Source of the DNA: Vibrio cholerae ATCC 14035
GTDB taxonomy: Bacteria; Pseudomonadota; Gammaproteobacteria; Enterobacterales; Vibrionaceae
Reading direction: 5' to 3'
NCBI RefSeq assembly: GCF_000621645.1
Contig: NZ_JHXR01000001.1
Span: 30,001 to 62,000 of the forward strand
Length of the DNA stretch: 32,000 bases
The notes under the pieces are model-generated. The model had not been told where the DNA came from. It saw nothing but the letters and a program-made list of their open reading frames with translations, and ran no database searches. Every line of letters starts with the position of its first letter. Within the stretch, counting starts at the first letter, position 1. Position numbers and translations under genes: made by a program. Positions 24,293 through 32,000 of this stretch are shown here, piece after piece.

Positions 24293-24682
24293 ATGCGAAA
24301 ATTGGCGGCTCTGTTTCTCATCCCTGTCCCCGGGTTGGCTGCTACCAGCAGCCAACTGGATTTAGCGACCACCTTGGGGTCGCTTTTGTTCGTTATCGCT
24401 CTGATACTGCTACTGGCTTGGTTACTCAAACGCATGCGTGTGCCTGCTTTCGGTCAGCAAAAAGGGCTGAGTATCATCAAACAGTTACCCGTTGGCACCC
24501 GAGAGCGGGTGATGATCATCCAAGTGGGCGAAGAGCAGTATTTGATTGGGGTGACCACTCAGTCAATTCAACTGCTGGCCAAACTCGATAATCCACTCAT
24601 ACAGGAGGAGCTGCCGGCAACCGCCTTTTCTAACCAGTTGATGCAGCTACTGAAAAAACATGAAACGGACTCAAAGACTTAA
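24293..24682 (+). CDS. fliO: flagellar biosynthesis protein FliO (129 aa)
   Basis: Single transmembrane helix, small protein. It sits between fliN and fliP, and its 3' end overlaps fliP by 23 nt. Confidence 0.8.
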   Translation: MRKLAALFLIPVPGLAATSSQLDLATTLGSLLFVIALILLLAWLLKRMRVPAFGQQKGLSIIKQLPVGTRERVMIIQVGEEQYLIGVTTQSIQLLAKLDNPLIQEELPATAFSNQLMQLLKKHETDSKT

Positions 24683-25559
24683 TTTAACCTCTTGGTTGAC
24701 GACAGGATTACTCACTTGGCTGCTTTCGGGGTTGCTTGGTTTTACCTCGCTCGCTTTTGCAGAAGAGCCACTGAATACCGCAATTCCATCCACCGCTGCC
24801 GGAGCTTCCTCTGTCACTGTGACGGCGCTAGAAAAAGAGCAGGGGAATGCCAAAACTATCGCGTTAGGCAGTAGCAGTGGTGGCGGTGGAATTCCGGCAT
24901 TTACTATGACCACCAATTCCGATGGCAGCGAAGATTACTCGATAAACCTGCAGATTCTGGCACTGATGACCATGCTCGGCTTTTTGCCTGCCATGGTGAT
25001 TTTAATGACCTCATTCACCCGCATCGTGGTGGTGATGTCTATTCTGCGTCAAGCAATGGGTTTGCAACAAACGCCGTCTAACCAAGTGATTATCGGTATT
25101 GCGCTGTTTCTGACCTTTTTCATTATGGCGCCAGTATTTAACCAGATTAATGAACAAGCGGTGCAGCCTTATCTCAATGAGCAGATCACCGCACGCCAAG
25201 CGTTTGATTTAGCGCAAGAGCCACTCAAAGCCTTTATGCTCAAGCAGACCCGAGTCAACGATCTCGAAACTTTTGTGGAAATGTCCGGTGCACAAGTGAC
25301 CGCGCCTGAGCAAGTGTCGATGGCGGTACTGATCCCTGCTTTTATTACCTCTGAGTTAAAAACGGCCTTCCAAATCGGCTTTATGCTGTTTTTGCCTTTT
25401 TTGATCATTGACTTAGTTGTGGCCTCAGTGCTCATGGCCATGGGTATGATGATGCTTTCGCCCATGATTGTCTCTTTACCGTTTAAATTGATGTTGTTCG
25501 TGTTGGTGGATGGTTGGAACCTTATCCTGTCGACCTTGGCGGGCAGTTTTGCCTTGTAG
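24660..25559 (+). CDS. fliP: flagellar export gate protein FliP (299 aa, signal peptide)
   Basis: Signal peptide ends ..SLAFA/EE. The FliP core is highly conserved ([55 protein letters not shown]). Confidence 0.95.
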   Translation: MKRTQRLNLTSWLTTGLLTWLLSGLLGFTSLAFAEEPLNTAIPSTAAGASSVTVTALEKEQGNAKTIALGSSSGGGGIPAFTMTTNSDGSEDYSINLQILALMTMLGFLPAMVILMTSFTRIVVVMSILRQAMGLQQTPSNQVIIGIALFLTFFIMAPVFNQINEQAVQPYLNEQITARQAFDLAQEPLKAFMLKQTRVNDLETFVEMSGAQVTAPEQVSMAVLIPAFITSELKTAFQIGFMLFLPFLIIDLVVASVLMAMGMMMLSPMIVSLPFKLMLFVLVDGWNLILSTLAGSFAL

Positions 25560-25571
25560 CGGGGAGGGCAC

Positions 25572-25841
25572 ATGACACCAGAGATATTTGTTGAGCTGTT
25601 TAAAGAGTCACTCTGGCTGGTACTGATCATGGTGTGTGCCATCATCATTCCTAGCTTATTGGTGGGTTTGGTCGTCGCCATTTTTCAGGCGGCCACCTCG
25701 ATTAACGAACAGACGCTGAGCTTTTTGCCTCGTCTTATCATTACCTTATTAGCACTGATGTTTTTTGGGCACTGGATGACACAAATCCTGATGGACTTTT
25801 TCTACAGCATGATTGAACGCATGCCGCAGGTTCTGTACTAG
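25572..25841 (+). CDS. fliQ: flagellar export gate protein FliQ (89 aa)
   Basis: FliQ family, two transmembrane helices, SD GGGAGGG. Confidence 0.9.
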   Translation: MTPEIFVELFKESLWLVLIMVCAIIIPSLLVGLVVAIFQAATSINEQTLSFLPRLIITLLALMFFGHWMTQILMDFFYSMIERMPQVLY

Positions 25842-25849
25842 GAGTCCTT

Positions 25850-26632
25850 ATGGAATATCCCGCCAGTGTCGTCCTTGATTTCATCGCCAACTATTTCTGG
25901 CCGTATACCCGAATTGCGGCCATGTTGATGGTGATGACGGTGACTGGCGCGCGCTTTGTGCCTGCTCGAGTACGTCTCTACTTAGGGTTAGCGCTCACTT
26001 TTGCGGTGATGCCCGCAATTCCTGCGGTTCCTTCCGATATTGCCTTGCTCTCGCTACAAGGATTCATGATCACCTTCGAACAGATTGTGATCGGTGTGGC
26101 GATGGGCATGGTCACCCAGTTTTTGGTGCAAATCTTTGTCATGCTCGGTCAAATCCTCGGTATGCAATCGAGCTTAGGTTTTGCCTCCATGGTCGACCCC
26201 GCTAACGGACAAAATACTCCGCTGCTCGGTCAGCTTTTTATGTTACTGGCCACGCTGTTTTTCCTTGTCAGTGATGGCCATTTGAAAATGATCCAACTGG
26301 TGGTCTTCAGTTTTAAAAGTTTACCGATTGGCAGCGGCTCACTGACGACGGTGGATTTTCGTGAGTTAGCGCTGTGGCTCGGTATCATGTTTAAAGCATC
26401 ATTGGCCGTCTCACTGTCGGGCATTATTGCACTGTTAACCGTGAACCTCTCCTTTGGGGTAATGACACGTGCGGCGCCTCAGCTCAACATTTTCTCGCTC
26501 GGTTTTTCGTTTGCGCTCTTGGTGGGGTTATTGCTCTGTTGGTACATCGTCCACGGTTTGTACACCCATTACGATATTTATTGGCAAGAGGCGGAAGAGC
26601 AAGTTTGCCGTCTCATTCGCTTAAACTGTTAG
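25850..26632 (+). CDS. fliR: flagellar export gate protein FliR (260 aa)
   Basis: Polytopic FliR family protein. SD AGGAG. It sits between fliQ and flhB. Confidence 0.9.
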   Translation: MEYPASVVLDFIANYFWPYTRIAAMLMVMTVTGARFVPARVRLYLGLALTFAVMPAIPAVPSDIALLSLQGFMITFEQIVIGVAMGMVTQFLVQIFVMLGQILGMQSSLGFASMVDPANGQNTPLLGQLFMLLATLFFLVSDGHLKMIQLVVFSFKSLPIGSGSLTTVDFRELALWLGIMFKASLAVSLSGIIALLTVNLSFGVMTRAAPQLNIFSLGFSFALLVGLLLCWYIVHGLYTHYDIYWQEAEEQVCRLIRLNC

Positions 26633-26641
26633 GAGGCTGAT

Positions 26642-27772
26642 TTGGCAGAATCCGACGGACAAGAAAGGACTGAAGAAGCCACGCCCCGAAGGTTGCAGCA
26701 GGCCAAGGAAAAAGGCCAAGTTGCGCGTTCGAAGGAGTTGGCTTCTGTCTCGGTATTGGTAGTAGGTGCGGTTTCCTTGATGTGGTTTGGCGAGATCTTG
26801 GCCAAAGGATTGATGGTGGCCATGCAGCGCCTTTTTGAGCTAAGCCGTGAAGAGATTTTCGATCTTGGTAAGCTGTTTGACATCATTGGTGGCTCACTAG
26901 TCAACCTGCTGTTGCCCTTGCTCATGATCCTGAGCACCTTGTTTATCGCTGCCTTAATCGGTGCGGCGGGGGTCGGTGGGATCAGTTTTTCCGCTGAAGC
27001 GGCGATGCCTAAGCTGTCGAAAATGAATCCGCTCAGTGGCTTAAAGCGAATGTTTGGTATGCAAAGCTGGGTCGAGCTGCTCAAATCCATCTTGAAAGTG
27101 TTGCTGGTGTCTGGCGTCGCTTTTTATCTGATTGAAGCTTCGCAAAAGGATCTGTTCCAGCTCAGTCTTGATGTGTATCCGCAAAACATCTTTCATGCGC
27201 TGGATATTCTGCTCAACTTTGTGTTGCTGATCAGTTGTTCGTTACTGGTGGTGGTGGCGATTGATATTCCATTCCAGATTTGGCAGCACGCTGAACAACT
27301 GAAAATGACCAAACAGGAAGTCAAAGACGAGTACAAAGACACCGAAGGTAAACCAGAGGTGAAAGGGCGCATTCGTATGTTGCAACGTGAAGCGGCGCAG
27401 CGACGTATGATGGCTGCACTGCCACAGGCCGATGTCATCATCACTAACCCTGAGCACTTTTCGGTAGCACTGCGTTATAAGCAAAACACCGATAAAGCGC
27501 CGGTGGTGATAGCTAAAGGTGTCGATCATATGGCACTCAAGATCCGTGAAATCGCGCGGGAATATGACATTGCGATTGTTCCTGCACCGCCCTTAGCACG
27601 CGCCTTGTACCACACGACCGAGCTGGAGCAGCAAATTCCGGATGGCCTATTCGTGGCCGTCGCTCAAGTGTTGGCATTTGTGTTCCAGCTTAAACAGTAT
27701 CGCCGCAAAGGTGGTCAGCGACCGAAACTCAATGAGGAGAATATGCCGATCCCACCGGATATGCGTTACTAA
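26642..27772 (+). CDS. flhB: flagellar export switch protein FlhB (376 aa, TTG start)
   Basis: N-terminus ESDGQERTEEATPRRLQQAKEKGQVARSKEL, autocleavage motif NPEH (ITNPEHFSVAL). AGGAGG (26631-26636) lies 5 nt before TTG 26642. Confidence 0.95.
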   Translation: MAESDGQERTEEATPRRLQQAKEKGQVARSKELASVSVLVVGAVSLMWFGEILAKGLMVAMQRLFELSREEIFDLGKLFDIIGGSLVNLLLPLLMILSTLFIAALIGAAGVGGISFSAEAAMPKLSKMNPLSGLKRMFGMQSWVELLKSILKVLLVSGVAFYLIEASQKDLFQLSLDVYPQNIFHALDILLNFVLLISCSLLVVVAIDIPFQIWQHAEQLKMTKQEVKDEYKDTEGKPEVKGRIRMLQREAAQRRMMAALPQADVIITNPEHFSVALRYKQNTDKAPVVIAKGVDHMALKIREIAREYDIAIVPAPPLARALYHTTELEQQIPDGLFVAVAQVLAFVFQLKQYRRKGGQRPKLNEENMPIPPDMRY

Positions 27773-27779
27773 AGATGCG

Positions 27780-28340
27780 CTATTTTTCAGGAATCGACAG
27801 CAGTACCAGTAGCGCGCCATCACCGCCAAACTCAAGTGGGGCTTGGTGGAACGCCAGCACATCGGGGTGCTGCGCCAACCAGAGTGGGACGTTCTGTTTC
27901 AAGATGTGCTTGCCAATACCGTGCTGCACACAAGCACAGTGCACATTCTCCTTTAGGCAGTAGGCGATCATCGCTCCCAATTCGCGTTTTGCTTCTTGCT
28001 GAGTCATGCCGTGCATATCCAAAAACACATCGGGCACATACACACCGCGGCGGAGCCTTTTCACTTCGTACTTGGAGACATCACTGCGCGCATAGCGGGT
28101 CGGCCCTTCATCGGTCAGATGAGGCATAAACTCGTCAGAAAAATAGAAATCATTGTCGGAGGCTTCACGCTCGGTACGGCGGATTTCTTTTTGCTTGGGA
28201 TTTCTGTTTGGTGCGTGGAGTATGGTATCCTGACGCAACTTTTTTACGCCCTTTACTTCGTCACGAAACAGTGAGAAATCGTCGTCAAGATTATCTTTAT
28301 CGCTCTTGTTATGGGTAATTCGGTGATCGTTTTTGCTCAT
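27780..28340 (-). CDS. smrB: Smr-domain endonuclease SmrB (ribosome-collision rescue; YfcN homolog, 186 aa)
   Basis: C-terminal Smr domain (LDMHGMTQQEAKRELGAMI..VQHGIGKHILKQNVPLWLAQHPDVLAFHQA). It is divergent from prmB, as in E. coli. Confidence 0.85.
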   Translation of the reverse strand: MSKNDHRITHNKSDKDNLDDDFSLFRDEVKGVKKLRQDTILHAPNRNPKQKEIRRTEREASDNDFYFSDEFMPHLTDEGPTRYARSDVSKYEVKRLRRGVYVPDVFLDMHGMTQQEAKRELGAMIAYCLKENVHCACVQHGIGKHILKQNVPLWLAQHPDVLAFHQAPLEFGGDGALLVLLSIPEK

Positions 28341-28406
28341 TAGGGTGACGTGTTTTTGTTACTGTAAATGGATGACGCGGTATTGTAGCGCTTTTTGGAG
28401 GCAATT

Positions 28407-29339
28407 TTGGATAAGATTTTCGTTGAGGAAGCGGTTTCTGAACTGCATACCTTGCAAGACATGATTCGTTGGACTGTGAGTCGATTTAACGCTGCGAACC
28501 TGTTTTATGGTCAAGGCACGGACAACGCTTGGGATGAAGCGGTACAACTCATTCTGCCAACGCTCTATCTGCCGATTGATGTGCCTCCGCATGTGCTGAG
28601 TTCGCGCTTAACCAGCAGCGAGCGTTTACGTGTGGTAGAACGCGTGATCAAACGCATTAACGATCGTACCCCCGTGGCGTATCTGACCAACAAAGCGTGG
28701 TTTTGTGGCCTTGAGTTTTTCGTTGACTCGCGAGTACTGGTTCCGCGTTCGCCGATCGGAGAGCTGATCCAAAACCGCTTTGAACCTTGGTTGACAGAAG
28801 AGCCAACCCGCATCATGGATCTGTGTACCGGCAGCGGTTGTATCGCGATTGCTTGTGCCAATGCTTTCCCAGAAGCAGAAGTCGATGCGATTGATATTTC
28901 AGTCGATGCGCTGAACGTCGCCGAGCAAAACATTCAAGATCACGGTCTAGAACAGCAAGTTTTCCCTATCCGTTCCGATCTTTTCCGTGATTTGCCACAA
29001 GAGCAGTATGACCTGATTGTGACCAATCCACCTTATGTGGATCAGGAAGATATGGATAGCTTACCAAGTGAGTTCCGTCATGAACCTGAGCTCGGTCTTG
29101 CTGCGGGCAGTGATGGCTTGAAACTGGCTCGCCGTATTCTGGCTAATGCCCCACTGTATCTAAAAGAGAACGGGATTTTGGTGTGTGAGGTTGGTAACTC
29201 CATGGTGCATATGATGGAACAGTACCCGCACATCCCATTTACGTGGTTAGAGTTTGAAAATGGCGGTCACGGCGTATTTTTGCTGACTCGTGAACAGCTT
29301 ATCGACTGTGCGGCGGATTTTGCGCTGTACAAAGATTAA
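28407..29339 (+). CDS. prmB: ribosomal protein uL3 glutamine N5-methyltransferase PrmB (310 aa, TTG start)
   Basis: Near-colinear with E. coli PrmB from [10 protein letters not shown]. It has a SAM-binding motif ([12 protein letters not shown]) and the NPPY catalytic motif. GGAGG (28397-28401) lies 5 nt before TTG 28407, so the track start at 28395 is unlikely. Confidence 0.9.
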   Translation: MDKIFVEEAVSELHTLQDMIRWTVSRFNAANLFYGQGTDNAWDEAVQLILPTLYLPIDVPPHVLSSRLTSSERLRVVERVIKRINDRTPVAYLTNKAWFCGLEFFVDSRVLVPRSPIGELIQNRFEPWLTEEPTRIMDLCTGSGCIAIACANAFPEAEVDAIDISVDALNVAEQNIQDHGLEQQVFPIRSDLFRDLPQEQYDLIVTNPPYVDQEDMDSLPSEFRHEPELGLAAGSDGLKLARRILANAPLYLKENGILVCEVGNSMVHMMEQYPHIPFTWLEFENGGHGVFLLTREQLIDCAADFALYKD

Positions 29340-29362
29340 TGATGACACGCTGAATGGATGCC

Positions 29363-29390
29363 AACGCCGACCTTTGAGTCGGCGTTTTTT
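29363..29390 (+). terminator. rho-independent terminator after prmB
   Basis: AACGCCGAC (29363-29371) pairs with GTCGGCGTT (29378-29386) and is followed by a T-run to 29390. Confidence 0.8.
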
Positions 29391-29480
29391 ATGGCATATA
29401 AACAGCCGAAAGACCTTGGACAAGGTGGTGAATAGCACCATTAGGCGATGAAAACGGTCGAATCTGGTCATTTTTAGGAC

Positions 29481-29509
29481 TTTACATCACAAAGCATTAA
29501 CGCCACTAT
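29481..29509 (+). promoter_or_regulatory. candidate sigma70 promoter of aroC
   Basis: TTTACA (29481-29486), then 17 nt, then CACTAT (29504-29509). The -10 match is only moderate. Confidence 0.3.
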
Positions 29510-29531
29510 GAAGCCACGAAGAACAGTTAAT

Positions 29532-29553
29532 CAGTGAAACTGGAGTTTCACTG
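29532..29553 (+). promoter_or_regulatory. perfect 9-bp inverted repeat in the aroC leader
   Basis: CAGTGAAAC (29532-29540), TGGA loop, GTTTCACTG (29545-29553). It ends 6 nt before the aroC SD (GAGGAAG). Confidence 0.6.
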
Positions 29554-29568
29554 TGCATTGAGGAAGTC

Positions 29569-30654
29569 ATGGCAGGAAACAGTATCGGACAACATTTCCG
29601 AGTCACCACATTCGGAGAAAGTCACGGTATCGCACTGGGATGTATTGTCGATGGTTGCCCACCGGGGCTCACCATCAGCGAAGCGGATTTACAAGTGGAT
29701 CTTGACCGTCGTCGCCCCGGCACATCGCGTTATACCACCCAGCGTCGCGAGCCGGATGAAGTCAAAATTCTCTCTGGTGTGTTTGAGGGCAAAACCACAG
29801 GCACATCGATTGGGCTATTGATCGAAAACACTGACCAACGCTCTAAAGATTATTCGGATATTAAAGACAAATTCCGTCCCGGACATGCGGACTACACCTA
29901 TCATCAAAAGTACGGTGTGCGAGATTACCGTGGCGGCGGCCGTTCATCGGCACGTGAAACCGCCATGCGTGTTGCGGCGGGAGCGATTGCCAAAAAATAC
30001 CTGCAGCAAGAGTTTGGCATTGAAGTGCGTGCTTACTTGTCGCAAATGGGGGAGGTCGCGATTGATAAAGTGGATTGGAATGAGATTGAAAACAACGATT
30101 TCTTCTGCCCTGATGTCGATAAAGTGGCTGCGTTTGACGAGCTGATCCGCGAGCTGAAAAAAGAAGGCGATTCGATCGGCGCCAAAATCCAAGTGGTTGC
30201 TACTGGCGTTCCAGTTGGCTTGGGTGAGCCTGTGTTTGATCGCTTAGATGCGGATATTGCCCATGCCTTGATGAGCATCAACGCCGTGAAAGGAGTCGAG
30301 ATTGGTGATGGCTTTGATGTAGTGCGCCAAAAAGGCAGCCAACATCGTGACCCGCTCACTCCACAAGGTTTCCGCTCTAACCATTCCGGTGGCATTTTAG
30401 GCGGTATCTCTAGCGGGCAAGATATTGTTGCTAATATTGCGTTGAAGCCAACGTCCAGCATTACCGTGCCGGGTGAAACAATTGATGTTAACGGTGAGCC
30501 AACCGAGCTTATCACCAAAGGTCGTCATGACCCTTGTGTGGGGATTCGCGCTGTACCGATTGCAGAAGCCATGTTGGCGATTGTGCTGATGGATCATCTG
30601 CTGCGTCATCGTGGTCAGAACCAAGGTGTCGTAACGACAACACCGAAAATTTAG
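29569..30654 (+). CDS. aroC: chorismate synthase AroC (361 aa)
   Basis: [20 protein letters not shown].. and [22 protein letters not shown] motifs. It has the same length as the E. coli enzyme. Confidence 0.95.
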
Positions 30655-30680
30655 TGATGCGCTAACCCCTGTAAAGAGCC

Positions 30681-30704
30681 CAACGCCCTCGATTGAGGGC
30701 GTTG
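30681..30704. terminator. hairpin between convergent aroC and the UPF0126 gene (probable bidirectional terminator)
   Basis: CAACGCCCTC (30681-30690) pairs with GAGGGCGTTG (30695-30704): a 10-bp stem with a GATT loop. There is no strong U-tract on either strand. Confidence 0.5.
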
Positions 30705-30735
30705 TCATATCCGCTTAATTTACCGCCGGGGCAGG

Positions 30736-31359
30736 CTAGTGAATGGAGTTCTCGGTTTCTAAATGGAAAGAGGGCAGACGCCATTTAAAACGCACCGCAG
30801 CCATCCGCAAAGTGTAACCGACCACCAGAGTGACCACTGTGCTTACCACATCACTGACACCAAATTCAAGCAAGGCGAGATACAGTCCCGATGCCAACAG
30901 AGCAATCGAGGCGTACAACTCTTCATGCAATACCAAAGGTGGTTGACGGCAAATTAAATCGCGCAGCAAACCACCAAACACGCCAGTGACTACCGCAGAA
31001 ACTAAACAGATGCCGGGGTGCAGTCCCATGCGCATCGCCACTTGCGTACCGATGATCGAAAACACAATCAGCCCCAGCGCATCAAGACGAATAAACAGGC
31101 CTTTGAGCTTGATGACCCACTTATAGACCCAAGTGGTCAGTACGCCCGCGACACAAGTAATCGCCAGATATTCAGGATTCTTTACCCAGCCGAGTGGGTA
31201 GTGGCCCAGCAAAATATCGCGCACTGTACCACCGCCAATCGCAGTAGCGCTGGCAACCAGCATGACGCCAAACCAGTCCATTTTGCGACGGCCGGCACTC
31301 AAGGCTCCGGTCATGGCTTCCGCCGTGATCCCAATGATATACAAAACACTCAGCAGCAT
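30736..31359 (-). CDS. UPF0126/TRIC-family inner-membrane protein (YadS/YicG-like, 207 aa)
   Basis: Seven hydrophobic helices and the duplicated glycine motif of the family (AIGGGTVRDILLG and VFGGLLRDLI). SD GAGGTG lies upstream of the ATG (minus strand). Confidence 0.8.
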   Translation of the reverse strand: MLLSVLYIIGITAEAMTGALSAGRRKMDWFGVMLVASATAIGGGTVRDILLGHYPLGWVKNPEYLAITCVAGVLTTWVYKWVIKLKGLFIRLDALGLIVFSIIGTQVAMRMGLHPGICLVSAVVTGVFGGLLRDLICRQPPLVLHEELYASIALLASGLYLALLEFGVSDVVSTVVTLVVGYTLRMAAVRFKWRLPSFHLETENSIH

Positions 31360-31387
31360 GCATCACCTCATTCAACAGCAGAGGATA

Positions 31388-31509
31388 TATACCCTTCCTA
31401 CTTGAAGCTGCAGCGGTGTTGGCGGCGTTCACTTTCCCTAATCGCTTATCTATGTTCCTAGGGATGAACTTATGGGCCGTCTACCTACAACGCCAAGTAG
31501 TTTGGTATA
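31388..31509. repeat. ERIC/IRU-like intergenic repeat, about 122 bp imperfect palindrome
   Basis: Terminal inverted ends are TATACCC...TGGTATA. The arms are CTACTTGAAGCTGCAGC.. and ..ACAACGCCAAGTAG. The central part, CGTTCAC..CCCTAATCGCTTATCTATGTTCCTAGGGATGAAC, resembles the ERIC core (CGCTCACCCCAGTCACTTACTTATGTAAGCTCCTGGGGATTCAC) as I remember it from the ERIC1R/ERIC2 primer sequences. Confidence 0.65.
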
Positions 31510-31722
31510 GAAAAATTAAGGCGAAATTCTAGGTTTTATCTTAGGCAATAAACAATGATTTTTTATAAGGTGAAGGTGACTTTAATTAGTAAAACTAATG
31601 TCTTGCTGATAGTTCTCATTCCAATTGATTCCTAATAGAAGCCGATGGTTTGCGGTTTAGCTCTTTACCCGATGAGAAAAAATCTCCAGAATGCACGCCG
31701 TCACCCATATTGACTATGTACT

Positions 31723-32000
31723 ATGAACCATCAATACCAAGACCTCATTGATATTTTCAATCAGACGTTTTACGCCGATTACAACACCAAGCTGGAGTTG
31801 GGCGGCGATGAGCCCATTTATTTACCGGCGGATGAACGAGTCAGTTACCACCGGATTATTTTTGCTCGTGGCTTTTATGCTTCCGCTTTGCATGAAATCG
31901 CTCACTGGTGTGTGGCTGGGCCGCAACGGCGTCTGCTTGAAGATTTTGGTTACTGGTATGAGCCGGATGGTCGTACTGCACAAGTGCAGGCGGAATTTGA
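31723..32000 (+). CDS. epmC: elongation factor P hydroxylase EpmC (YfcM), 5' part; runs off the window
   Basis: Translation MNHQYQDLIDIFNQTFYADYNTKLELGGDEPIYLPADERVSYHRIIFARGFYASALHEIAHWCVAG.. is colinear with E. coli YfcM/EpmC (..EQLIEIFNSCF..GDDEPIYLPA..FAHGFYASAIHEISHWCIAG). It is missing from the ORF track because no stop codon lies inside the window. There is no obvious SD. Confidence 0.8.
   Translation, partial: MNHQYQDLIDIFNQTFYADYNTKLELGGDEPIYLPADERVSYHRIIFARGFYASALHEIAHWCVAGPQRRLLEDFGYWYEPDGRTAQVQAEF

Noticed and set aside
29247-29821. Small ORFs in or around the prmB-aroC spacer (74 aa on the minus strand at 29247-29471; 95 aa on the plus strand at 29534-29821).
   Set aside because: The first runs antisense across the prmB terminator and 3' end and has no SD. 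The second is an out-of-frame overlap of aroC. Neither looks like a protein family.
31388-31509. I considered whether the palindromic intergenic element is a V. cholerae integron attC (VCR) repeat or a MITE with a transposase partner.
   Set aside because: It does not resemble the VCR sequence as I remember it. There is no integron cassette context or transposase nearby, and I could not identify target-site duplications. The ERIC/IRU family is the better match.
1-32000. I scanned the whole window for a novel defence, toxin-antitoxin, secretion or mobile system, and for CRISPR repeats, tRNA or rRNA genes, integrases or transposases, and compositionally foreign islands.
   Set aside because: Essentially every ORF above 100 aa is accounted for by a recognizable flagellar or housekeeping protein in conserved order. 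No arrays of spaced repeats and no mobility genes are present. The only unassigned coding capacity is the three small genes at 240-1558.

Overview
I read this window as a well-known locus, not a novel system. It matches the large polar-flagellum region of a Vibrio, and the protein sequences and gene order fit Vibrio cholerae chromosome I as I remember it.

Gene order, left to right:
- Three small uncharacterized genes: a winged-helix protein, a Lys-rich tail-anchored protein and a YfeZ-like membrane protein.
- A YfeX-type DyP peroxidase.
- Three tandem flagellin paralogs, flaE-flaD-flaB, each with its own sigma28-type promoter.
- flaG-fliD-flaI-fliS.
- The regulatory cascade flrA-flrB-flrC.
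- fliEFGHIJ, then fliKLMNOPQR-flhB.

The flagellar block ends abruptly at flhB, with no flhA. Housekeeping genes in enteric-like synteny follow: smrB (minus strand), prmB, aroC, a UPF0126/TRIC-family membrane protein (minus strand), an ERIC-like intergenic repeat, and the 5' end of epmC, which runs off the window.

By eye I can place:
- three sigma54 promoters with exact GG-N10-GC spacing (flrBC, fliE, fliK);
- three sigma28 promoters (flaE, flaD, flaB);
- several rho-independent terminators.

I found no tRNA or rRNA genes, CRISPR arrays, transposases, integrases, phage genes or recognizable defence or toxin modules.

The findings are small-scale regulatory and structural oddities inside a canonical locus:
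- a promoter embedded in a terminator hairpin;
- FleQ-box-like sites;
- a duplicated motif inside an enlarged FliD;
- an intra-operon hairpin between fliG and fliH;
- a synteny breakpoint at flhB;
- an ERIC-like element.

Coordinates come from the supplied ORF track. Start codons were adjusted by eye using Shine-Dalgarno (SD) spacing and remembered homolog N-termini. All homology statements are from memory and were not searched.
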